DNA of 64,000 bases, from NCBI GenBank assembly GCA_035995205.1, contig DASYKS010000091.1:2085-66084 (forward strand), given 5' to 3'. The DNA is from Thermoanaerobaculia bacterium. Lineage in GTDB: Bacteria; Acidobacteriota; Thermoanaerobaculia; Multivoradales; UBA5704. Below are positions 55,653 through 64,000 of this stretch, piece after piece. The position numbers were made by a program, and so were the translations under genes. Under the pieces are notes generated by a model. It worked only from the letters and a program-made list of their open reading frames with translations, did no database searches and was not told where the DNA came from. How positions within the stretch are numbered: position 1 is the stretch's first letter; each line of letters begins with the position of its first letter.

Positions 55653-58337
55653 ATGCGAATTCAATCCCGGCGGGCGGTGTGGGTCGGCGTACTCCTCGTC
55701 TTCGCGGGAGCCTTGGCCGGAAAGGCCCAGCCGCATCTGGTCGCCGATCTCAACCAGGAAAGCGTAGATTCCCCTACGCCCCCTTCTTGGTTCGGGAGTG
55801 TCGAGCACGACGGCGTGCTCTATTTTTCGGCCAGCGATCCATCGCATGGTTACGAGGTCTGGCGTACGGACGGCACGTTCCGCCTCATGGATCTCTGCCC
55901 CGGGCGCTGTTCGGGAGGCGTCCGGACCCTCGGGTTTTTCCGCGGCTTTCTCTATTTCCTGGGCGACGACCGGGAACACGGCCTCGAAATCTGGCGTACA
56001 GACGGAACCGTGGGCGGAGAGGAGTTGCTCGCCGACGTCTGTCCGGGGACCTGCGGGACCGTGCCGAGCGGTTGGGTCGAATGGCGCGACGGCCTTTGGT
56101 TCCTCGCCCAAGAGTCTTTCGATGCGGACGCCGTCCTGTGGACCAGCGACGGAACCGCGGCAGGAACCCGACCGGTCGCGAACCTCTGTACCGATCTTTC
56201 GATCTGCCGCTCGGACCCGGACGATTCCCAGGCAGTTCTGGCCGGGCCGGATCCGTCCGGTCAGGGTCTGCTCCTGTGGACCTTCAAGATCGACGAACCG
56301 AGATCTCTCTTCCGCACCGACGGCACCGTGGGGGGCACGGTGCTTCTGCATCATTTCGTGGCCGGATTTCAATTCGAAGGTCAGATCGGGCGAGCCCCCG
56401 CCGGACCGCTCTATTTCCTCGACGGGTTGAATCTCTGGACGAGCGACGGAACGCCCGCCGGCACTCTTCTCGTCCGCAACCTGGACGGGCTGATCGAAGT
56501 CGGTTTTCTGCTGTCCACCGAAGTCGTCGATGGGATCTTCCACGCCACCTTCAGCGACAACAACTGGTTGCGCTCCGACGGGACGGCCGAGGGCACTTTC
56601 GTGTTGGCCCAAGTGGCTCCGGGCACCGACCCCACGATCGCCCGGATCGGCGGCTCGGTCTTCGTGCTCACCACGGACGGAATCTGGCGGACGGCAGGGA
56701 CCCCCGAGACCACCTCTTCGTTCGCCGGTCCGCGCGGTGAGATTCTTTCGGTGGTCGAGCGACCGGGCCGGCTGTTCGTCATGAGTTACGACCCGGATCA
56801 AAACCGCCCGTTCCTATGGACCACCGACGGCACCCCGGCCGGGACCCGCCGGCTCCCTCTCGGTCCCGGGCCGAGGCTCGATGCGGACGGGATGGCAGCC
56901 TTTCGAGACGGCGTGTTGGTTTCCCGGGGTTCCCGCGAGCTGTTGCGGGTCGACGGCACGGGTGCGGAGAGGCTGCACGATCTCCAGCCCGGAAACGGCA
57001 GCGCCGGCCCGAACGAGCAGATCGTTTTGGGACACCGGCTGGTGTTCTTCTCCCTGGCCGGCGAGCACAACTCGCAGCTCTTCTCCTCGGATGGCACCGC
57101 CGCCGGCACGACCGCGATCGGCGCGGCTTTCGGAGGACAGACGCAGTTCAAGCTCACTCGCGCGGGCGGGCGAGGATTTTTCAATTCGCGTGGGCTGCTC
57201 TGGGCGACGGACGGCACCCGCGAGGGAACCCGGTCCTGGCGGCCTCAATCCTCCTTCTACGAGAGTTTCGGCATGAACGCCCCGATCGGTTTCGTCGGCG
57301 GACGGTTCGTCTTCTCCGCGACCCTGGACATCAACGAGGTGCCGCATTGCGCCGAAGGAGACAGCGAGCCCTGGGTGAGCGATGGAATCCATGGCCCGAA
57401 TCAGCTGCTCAATCTGAACCCCTTCTTCTTTGAGCCCCACGGGCTCTGCTCGGCCAACGACGTCTCTTCATCCCCCGGCCCCGGGGTCGTGGTCGGTCCC
57501 CTCGCCCTATTCGCCGCGGACGATCTCGTGCATGGGCGCGAGCTGTTCGCGACCGACGGCACAAAAGAGGGGACGCGGTTGGTCGCCGACATCAACCCGA
57601 AGCGGCAACCGTTCGACCATCCCGACCTTCTGCCGCATCCGCTTCATTTCGTCGGCGAGGACTCCGACCCGACCGACCTGGTGCGCGCGGGAAGCCGCGC
57701 CTTCTTCGTCGCCGACGACGGGACGACCGGGCGCGAGCTGTGGGTGACGAACGGCACCCGCCGCGGCACGCGGAGGGTCGCGGATTTCGTGCCCGGACCG
57801 GGCAGCTCCTCGCCGCACAACCTGGTGGCGGTCGGGAAGGGGATCTACTTTTTCGCCGCTCACGGCGAGGGCGAGGGACTGTTCAAGAGCGACGGCACGC
57901 GGAGCGGCACGGTGTTGGTGAGCGATCTTGCCGGCGTCTCCCAAGCGCGAGACCTCACCGTCGTCCGCGACAAGTTGTTCTTCGTCGCGTTCCGCCCGGA
58001 GACGGGCACTGAGCTGTGGACCTCCCAAGGCACGGCCGCGACCACCCGCCAGGTCGCGGATCTGCGCCCCGGCCCGCGCGGCTCGGCGCCCCAGAGCCTC
58101 AAAGGCTTGGACGACGGGGTGATCTTCGCGGCCGATGACGGGATCGCGGGCCTCGAACCCTGGACGAGCGACGGCACTCCCGAGGGAACGATCCGCCGGG
58201 GCGACCTCGCGCCGGGACGAGACGCGAGCAGCCCGGGGCCGTTCAGCATCGCCAACGGCCAGATCCTGTTCGGCGCGGACGATGGCGAGCACGGCCGCGA
58301 GCTCTGGGCGATTCCGGTGGCGGAGCTGGTGAATTGA
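55653..58337 (+). CDS. Secreted ELWxxDGT-repeat protein, paralog 7 (type B)
   Basis: 894 aa from MRIQSRRAVWVGVLLVFAGALAGKAQPHLVADLNQESV. The track ORF has an upstream read-through. First 30 nt are near-identical to the 5' ends of paralogs 2 and 4. Confidence 0.85.
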   Translation: MRIQSRRAVWVGVLLVFAGALAGKAQPHLVADLNQESVDSPTPPSWFGSVEHDGVLYFSASDPSHGYEVWRTDGTFRLMDLCPGRCSGGVRTLGFFRGFLYFLGDDREHGLEIWRTDGTVGGEELLADVCPGTCGTVPSGWVEWRDGLWFLAQESFDADAVLWTSDGTAAGTRPVANLCTDLSICRSDPDDSQAVLAGPDPSGQGLLLWTFKIDEPRSLFRTDGTVGGTVLLHHFVAGFQFEGQIGRAPAGPLYFLDGLNLWTSDGTPAGTLLVRNLDGLIEVGFLLSTEVVDGIFHATFSDNNWLRSDGTAEGTFVLAQVAPGTDPTIARIGGSVFVLTTDGIWRTAGTPETTSSFAGPRGEILSVVERPGRLFVMSYDPDQNRPFLWTTDGTPAGTRRLPLGPGPRLDADGMAAFRDGVLVSRGSRELLRVDGTGAERLHDLQPGNGSAGPNEQIVLGHRLVFFSLAGEHNSQLFSSDGTAAGTTAIGAAFGGQTQFKLTRAGGRGFFNSRGLLWATDGTREGTRSWRPQSSFYESFGMNAPIGFVGGRFVFSATLDINEVPHCAEGDSEPWVSDGIHGPNQLLNLNPFFFEPHGLCSANDVSSSPGPGVVVGPLALFAADDLVHGRELFATDGTKEGTRLVADINPKRQPFDHPDLLPHPLHFVGEDSDPTDLVRAGSRAFFVADDGTTGRELWVTNGTRRGTRRVADFVPGPGSSSPHNLVAVGKGIYFFAAHGEGEGLFKSDGTRSGTVLVSDLAGVSQARDLTVVRDKLFFVAFRPETGTELWTSQGTAATTRQVADLRPGPRGSAPQSLKGLDDGVIFAADDGIAGLEPWTSDGTPEGTIRRGDLAPGRDASSPGPFSIANGQILFGADDGEHGRELWAIPVAELVN

Positions 58338-58362
58338 GGACCGAAGGGCGAACGGGGGAGCG

Positions 58363-61137
58363 ATGAAAATCCGGAAATCCTGGCGCGCGGTGTCGTGGGT
58401 CGCCCTTCTCCTCTTCGCGGGGGCCTTGGCCGGGCAGGCCCAGCCCCACCTCGTCGCCGATCTCAATCGGCAGCGGGTGGACGGCCGCTCGCAGCCTTTC
58501 CCGTCCGAGGGTGTCGAGCACGAGGGAGTGCTCTATTTTCCGGCCCACGATCCGCAACACGGCTATGAGCTCTGGCGGAGCGACGGCACGCCGGAGGGCA
58601 CTTACCGCCTGGTCGATCTCTGCCCCGGAAGCTGCTCGGGCGGGGGCCGGTCTTTGGGGTCTTTCCACGGCCACCTCTATTTCGTGGGCGACGATTCCGA
58701 GCACGGCGCCGAGATTTGGCGCACGGACGGAACCGTCGGCGGCGAGGAGCTGCTCGCGGACGTCTGTCCGGGAAGCTGCTGGAGCTTGGCGAACGGTTGG
58801 GTCGAATGGCGCGGGGCGCTCTGGTTCCTCGTCCAAGCGACGTACGATGCGAGCACCGTCCTGTGGACCAGCGACGGGACCCGGGAGGGAACCCGGCCGG
58901 TCGCGAGCCTCTGCACCGACCTGGCGATCTGCGACTCCGTTTCGTATCAGTTCGGCATCTTTCTGGGCGGTCCGGATCCGTCCGGGCAGGGGCTGCTCGT
59001 TTGGACTTCCGAATCCCACCTGGAATCTCTCGTTCGCACCGACGGCACCGCGGGCGGCACGGTGCTCCTGCATCGCTTCGTGGAAGACACTCAATACGTC
59101 GACCAGATCCAGCGCAAGGTGACGGGCGAGCCGCTCTTTTTCATCGACAATGCGGAGCTGTGGACGAGCGACGGGACGCCCGCCGGCACGCGCCTCGTCC
59201 GTAGCCTGGTTGGACTGGTAGATGACTACGACATGCAATCGTTCGAGGTCGTCGACGGGATCTTCTACGCCACTTTCTTCGCCTTCAACCAGTGGCTGCG
59301 GTCCGACGGCACGGCGGCAGGCACTTTCCTGTTGGGGCAGGCGGGCTCGGCCTCGGATCTCACGGTCGCACACATCGGCAGTGGGGTCTTCGTCGTGTCC
59401 TCGGACGGCATCTTTCGCACGGGAGGCACCCCCGAAACGATCTCCTCGTGGGCAGGACCCGCCGGGCCGATTCACGACGTCGTCGAGCGGCCGGACCGGC
59501 TGTTCGTCCTCGCCTACAATCAGGAACAATCCCGAGATTTCCTTTGGACCACCGACGGCACTCCGGCCGGGACGCGAAAGATCCACTTCGACGGCGGGCC
59601 GAGCCCCGACGAGTACGGAATGAAGGCCTTCGGGGGCGGGGTGTTGCTCTCTCGGGGTCGCCACGAGCTCTGGCGGGTCGACGGCGCGGGCGCCGAGGTC
59701 GAACGGCTCCACAATTTCCAGCCCGCCAACGGCGGCTCCGGCCCGCTCGACCAAGTCGTCTCGGGCGGACGGTTGGTGTTCTTTGCGCGGGCCGACGAGT
59801 GGAGATCCAGGCTCTTCTCTTCGGATGGAACCTCGGCCGGTACGTCGGCCATCACCACCGCGGCGGACGTGGGAACCTTCGACCTCGGCCTCGATTTCGA
59901 TTACCGGGCACTCTTCAAGCTCACCCGCGCGGGGGGGAAGGTGCTGTTCAATTCGTGGTCCCGGCTTTGGGAGACCGACGGGTCCCGCGAGGGTACGCGA
60001 ACGTACCGGCCTCGGTCCTCCTATCAGAGCTTCACGTTGAACGCCCCGATCGGCTTCGTCGGCGGCCGGTTCGTCTACTCCGCGACCCTCCTCGGCATCG
60101 ACGACGATCCTGAGCGTTGCGACGGGGACAGCGAGCCCTGGGTGAGCGAGGGGCATGGCACGAGCCAGCTGCTCGATCTCAACCCCTACTTCTATGAGGT
60201 CCCGAACGGTTTCTGCACGGCGAGATACGTTCCCTCGTCGCCCGGTCGCGGAGTCGTGGTCGGATCCATCGCCCTATTTGCCGCCGACGACCTCGTCCAT
60301 GGACGTGAGCTGTTCGCGACCGACGGCACGAAAGAGGGCACCCGGCTCGTGGCCGACGTCAACAGGAAGCGGCGGCCGTTCGACGATCCGTATCTCAAGC
60401 CCCAGCCGCCTCGTTTCGTCGGCGACAGCTCCGACCCCACCGATCTGGTGCGCGCGGGAAGCCGCGTCTTCTTCGTCGCGAACGATGGCATCAGCGGCCG
60501 CGAGCTCTGGGTCACGAACGGCACTTTCCAAGGGACGCGGAGGATTGCGGATCTGGTGCCCGGCCCGGCCGGCTCGACACCGCGCAACCTCGTGGCGGTC
60601 GGCGACGCGATCTACTTTTTCGCCGCGAACGCCGCGAACGCCGCGAACGGCGCGGGAGAGGGCCTTTACCGGAGCGACGGCATGCCGGGCGGCACGGTCC
60701 GGGTGAGCGATCTGACGGGCGTTTCCCAAGCGCGGGACCTCCTCGCCGCCAAGAACGGCCGGTTGTTCTTCGTGGCGTTCACGGAGGAGGCGGGTACCGA
60801 GCTGTGGACCTCCCAAGGCACGGCCGCGACCACCCGCCGTGTCGCGGACCTGCGCCCCGGCCCGCGCGGCTCGGCGCCCCAGAACTTGAAGATCGTAGGC
60901 GACCGAGCCATCTTCGCGGCCGATGACGGGATCGCGGGCCTCGAACCCTGGACGAGCGACGGCACCTCCGAGGGAACGGTCCGGCTTGGCGACCTCTCCC
61001 CGGGGCGCGACGCGAGCACCCCCGGGCCGTTCAGCGTCGCGAATCATCAGGTTCTCTTCGGCGCCGACGACGGCGAGCACGGGCGCGAGCTGTGGGCGAT
61101 GCCGGTGGCGGACGTGGCCGGTTCGGCGCAGCCGTAG
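58363..61137 (+). CDS. Secreted ELWxxDGT-repeat protein, paralog 8 (type B)
   Basis: 924 aa. Contains a short AANAANAANGAGEG insertion near the C-terminal third. Confidence 0.85.
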   Translation: MKIRKSWRAVSWVALLLFAGALAGQAQPHLVADLNRQRVDGRSQPFPSEGVEHEGVLYFPAHDPQHGYELWRSDGTPEGTYRLVDLCPGSCSGGGRSLGSFHGHLYFVGDDSEHGAEIWRTDGTVGGEELLADVCPGSCWSLANGWVEWRGALWFLVQATYDASTVLWTSDGTREGTRPVASLCTDLAICDSVSYQFGIFLGGPDPSGQGLLVWTSESHLESLVRTDGTAGGTVLLHRFVEDTQYVDQIQRKVTGEPLFFIDNAELWTSDGTPAGTRLVRSLVGLVDDYDMQSFEVVDGIFYATFFAFNQWLRSDGTAAGTFLLGQAGSASDLTVAHIGSGVFVVSSDGIFRTGGTPETISSWAGPAGPIHDVVERPDRLFVLAYNQEQSRDFLWTTDGTPAGTRKIHFDGGPSPDEYGMKAFGGGVLLSRGRHELWRVDGAGAEVERLHNFQPANGGSGPLDQVVSGGRLVFFARADEWRSRLFSSDGTSAGTSAITTAADVGTFDLGLDFDYRALFKLTRAGGKVLFNSWSRLWETDGSREGTRTYRPRSSYQSFTLNAPIGFVGGRFVYSATLLGIDDDPERCDGDSEPWVSEGHGTSQLLDLNPYFYEVPNGFCTARYVPSSPGRGVVVGSIALFAADDLVHGRELFATDGTKEGTRLVADVNRKRRPFDDPYLKPQPPRFVGDSSDPTDLVRAGSRVFFVANDGISGRELWVTNGTFQGTRRIADLVPGPAGSTPRNLVAVGDAIYFFAANAANAANGAGEGLYRSDGMPGGTVRVSDLTGVSQARDLLAAKNGRLFFVAFTEEAGTELWTSQGTAATTRRVADLRPGPRGSAPQNLKIVGDRAIFAADDGIAGLEPWTSDGTSEGTVRLGDLSPGRDASTPGPFSVANHQVLFGADDGEHGRELWAMPVADVAGSAQP

Positions 61138-61161
61138 GCGGAGCGATCGAAAGGATCGATC

Positions 61162-63425
61162 ATGAATAGGTTTCCCAGGCAACGAGGGTTCACGTGGCGC
61201 GCAATCTTCGGCGCCGGTCTCTTCGCCTTCGTGGGTCAAGCCGCGGTTGCGGCACCGCATCTGGTGACCGATCTCATTCGGTCGCGGGTGGGGGGCTCCT
61301 TCTACGCGGCACCGTCTCAAGGCATCGAGCAGGAGGGGGTGCTCTACTTTCCCGGGCAAGACCCCCAGCACGGCGCCGAGCTTTGGCGCTCGGACGGTAC
61401 GCCGGAGGGCACGTACCGCCTGACCGACATCTGCCCGGGGAGCTGTAGCGGCGGCGGGCGGCTGCTGGGTTTCTTCCAGGGCTCCATGCCGCCGAACTCG
61501 CCGAGCCGCTCTACTTCCTCGACGGGTTCGAGCTGTGGACGAGCGATGGAACGCCGGTCGGCACCCGCCTGGTGCGCAACCTGGAGGGGATGGTCGTCAG
61601 TCGATCTCTGAAGTCGGTTCGAGTCATCGACGGAATCTGGTACGCCACGTTCGATTACGGCGAATGGCTGCGCTCGGATGGAACCGCGGAGGGGACCCTG
61701 AAACTGGCGGATGTCGGCGATGGCTACCACCCTACGATCGCGCGAATCGGCGCTATGGTCTTCGTGGTGACCTCGGGCGGCGTCTGGCGCACCGGAGGAG
61801 CTCCGGAGACCACCGTGCGTTTCGATGCGCCGCTCGGCGCCGTCCTGACCGTCGTCGAACGGCCCCGGCGGTTGTTCGTCGCCGGTTACGTTTCGGCCGG
61901 CACGGTGTGGAGCACCGACGGTACCGCCGCCGGAACCCACCGCCATAATTTGCACGGTCGGCCGAAACCGGACCAATACGAAATGGGGGGACTGCGGAAC
62001 GGTGTGGTGATTACCCGCGGCGCCCACCGCGAGCTCTGGCGGGTCGACGAGGCGGGCGCGGAGCGCTTGTACGACTTCCAGCCGGCCAACGGCGGATCCG
62101 GCCCGTTCGACCAGATCGTCTTTGGCAAGAAACTCCTGTTCTCGTCAATGGCCGGCGCGCGAGGGTCGAAGTTGTTTACTTCCGACGGCACGGCGCCGGG
62201 CACGAGTGCGGTCAGCCCGTTCGTGGGCTATGGAGCCCGCTTGCTGACTCAAGGAGGCGGATTGGTCTTCTTCACCGCCGGAAACCGGGTTTGGAAGACC
62301 GACGGCACCCTCACGGGGACCCGCTACTTCCGGCCCGAATACGATTACTCCACGCACGAGATGACCGCTCCGATCGGCGTTCTCGGCGGCCGGTTCGTAT
62401 TCGGGGCGAATTTCAAGTTCTACCCCTTCAGCTGCGAACCGGGGGATACCGAGCCGTGGGTGAGCGACGGGACGGGCCGGGGAACAAAACAGATCCTCAA
62501 CCTCAATCCCTACGAGCAATACGGGGGCGGCAGCTCCCAGTGCTACACCGTAGACATCTCGTCGGATCCAAGCCCCGGCGTGGTGCTCGGCTCGGTCGCC
62601 CTGTTCGCGGCCGACGATCTCGTGCATGGGCGCGAGCTGTTCGCGACCGACGGCACCAAAGAGGGCACCCGCCTGGTGGCCGACTTGAACCCGAAGCTGA
62701 TGCCGAACACGATCTCCGAGCCGCCCGTTCCGGCGTTGATCGGCGTCAGCTCGAACCCGAGCGATCTGGTGCGCGTGGGGAGCCGGGCGTTCTTCTCCGC
62801 CGACGACGGCGAAACCGGGCGGGAGCTGTGGGCGACGGACGGCACGCCGCACGGCACCCGGCGGGTGGCGGACCTGATGCCCGGGCCGGAAGGATCCGCG
62901 CCGCATGGTCTATTGGCGGTGGGCGACTCGGTCTATTTTTTTGCCGCTTACGGCACAGGCGAGGGGCTCTTCAAGAGCGATGGCACTCGGGCCGGCACGG
63001 CCCTGGTGAGCGACCTGGCCGGCGCGTCGCAGACCCGAGAGCTGACCTCCGCCCAGGGCAGGCTGTTTTTCGTCGCGTACCGCCCGGCTTCGGGTACCGA
63101 GCTTTGGACCTCTGGCGGTAGCCCTGGGACCACCCACATGGTGGCCGACCTGCGCCCCGGACTGCGTGGCTCGCTGCCGCAATATCTCAAGGCGGTGGGC
63201 GAGCGGGTGATCTTCGCGGCCGATGACGGCACCACAGGGCTCGAACCGTGGAGCAGCGACGGCACCGCGGAGGGCACGCTCCGCTGGGGCGACCTCGTTC
63301 AGGGGAGAGACGCGAGCAGCCCGGGACCGTTCAGCATCGCGAACGGCCAGCTTCTCTTCGGCGCCGACGATGGCGAGCACGGCCGCGAGCTGTGGGCGAT
63401 GCCGGTGGCGGAGCTGCCGGAATAG
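61162..63425 (+). pseudogene. ELWxxDGT-repeat protein, paralog 9, disrupted by an out-of-frame internal deletion
   Basis: The N-terminal 110 aa (signal peptide, first Cys pairs) run to ...LLGFFQGS. The frame then shifts at ~61480. The homologous sequence resumes in the +1 frame at AAELAEPLYFLDGFELWTSDGTPVGT, which corresponds to residue ~270 of full-length paralogs, and runs to the normal C-terminus (ORF 61572-63425). Confidence 0.55.
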
Positions 63426-63462
63426 GAATCGCGGTACCGAAGTGAAGAGAACGGAGGATGTG

Positions 63463-64000
63463 ATGCGACTTCTGCCATTCCGGCGCGCGTTTTGGATCGT
63501 TTTCCTCGTCGCCTTCGCGGGAGCCTTGGCCGGGCAGGCACAGCCGCACCTCGTTGCCGATCTCAATCCGGGGCCGAGCGCCCTGCGTCTGCCCTCCTTT
63601 CCGTCCTTTGGAATCGAGCGCGAAGGCGTGCGCTTTTTCGCGGCGACAGACCCTCAGCACGGCTACGAGCTTTGGCGCACCGACGGCTCTCCGGCCGGAA
63701 CTTATCGTCTGGCCGACGTCTGCCCCGGGCGGTGCTCGGCCTGGGCGAACCCTCTTGGTTTCTTCGGCGGGTTTCTCTACTTCAGCGCCGACGACGGGGA
63801 GCACGGCGCGGAGCTTTGGCGCACCGACGGGACGGTGGGAGGGGAGGAGCTATTCGCGGACCTCTGCCCCGGGGTCTGCGGCAGCGACCTCTACCCCTGG
63901 ATCGAGTGGCAGGGGGCGCTCTGGTTCCTGACCCGTAGCCCGGGCGCCGCCGCACTCACCTTCTGGACCAGCGACGGCACCCGCCCCGGGACGCGGCCGC
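63463..64000 (+). CDS. Secreted ELWxxDGT-repeat protein, paralog 10 (N-terminal 179 codons, continues beyond the window)
   Basis: My translation from ATG 63463: MRLLPFRRAFWIVFLVAFAGALAGQAQPHLVADLNPG...DPQHGYELWRTDGSPAGTYRLADVCPGRCSAW...AELWRTDGTVGGEELFADLCPGVCG. GGAGG RBS. Confidence 0.75.
   Translation, partial: MRLLPFRRAFWIVFLVAFAGALAGQAQPHLVADLNPGPSALRLPSFPSFGIEREGVRFFAATDPQHGYELWRTDGSPAGTYRLADVCPGRCSAWANPLGFFGGFLYFSADDGEHGAELWRTDGTVGGEELFADLCPGVCGSDLYPWIEWQGALWFLTRSPGAAALTFWTSDGTRPGTRP

Noticed and set aside
40408-64000. The possibility that the repetitive region is a CRISPR array or other non-coding tandem repeat
   Set aside because: The repeats are ~2.7-kb protein-coding genes with divergent sequence, signal peptides and RBSs. 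There are no short identical direct repeats with unique spacers, and there are no cas genes.
40408-64000. A C-terminal sorting signal (PEP-CTERM, T9SS, LPXTG) on the ELWxxDGT proteins
   Set aside because: All paralogs end in ...HGRELWAxPVAELxx with no hydrophobic helix or basic tail, so no such signal is evident from the sequence.

Overview
This is a high-GC (~70%) bacterial chromosomal window. The gene content points to Acidobacteriota, because PadR-type regulators sit beside 'ADOP'-type duplicated FtsX/MacB-like permeases; that assignment is an inference. The window has four parts. (1) Positions 1-7.2 kb hold a CoA-dependent aromatic-acid degradation cluster. It contains MarR, enoyl-CoA hydratase, acyl-CoA dehydrogenase, an aryl-CoA ligase, RidA and a fused FAD-monooxygenase/old-yellow-enzyme reductase of the 2-aminobenzoyl-CoA monooxygenase/reductase type. 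(2) Positions 7-38 kb are mixed housekeeping and accessory genes. They include an M28 peptidase, a cystathionine-gamma-synthase-like enzyme, two ADOP permeases, MarR/PadR regulators, YceI, EttA, a GNAT acetyltransferase, a membrane pseudokinase, Tex, a truncated ECF sigma factor, a VOC-family protein, an SSS-family transporter, a decayed Rpn/DUF4351 nuclease relic, an HIBADH-like dehydrogenase and a PAS-HisKA-REC protein with no ATPase domain. They also include the conserved rny-ymdB pair, a likely 6S RNA downstream of zapA, pyrD and a ParE-type toxin-antitoxin pair. A ~470-bp lower-GC intergenic region between zapA and a small hypothetical gene carries about nine copies of a GATTCCCGTAG-like motif. 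(3) Positions 38.1-40.4 kb form a lower-GC islet. It has a secreted hypothetical protein whose last 81 bp are duplicated (90% identical) on the far side of an inserted mazEF-type toxin-antitoxin cassette. (4) From 40.4 kb to the window end (more than 23.6 kb) there are ten tandem, same-strand paralogs of a ~900-aa secreted 'ELWxxDGT'-repeat protein. The spacers between them are only 24-37 bp and each carries a GGAGG ribosome-binding site. The first six genes alternate between two N-terminal types, and two paralogs carry internal deletions between repeats. The many long antisense ORFs in the track are GC-bias artefacts. I found no tRNA, rRNA or CRISPR array.
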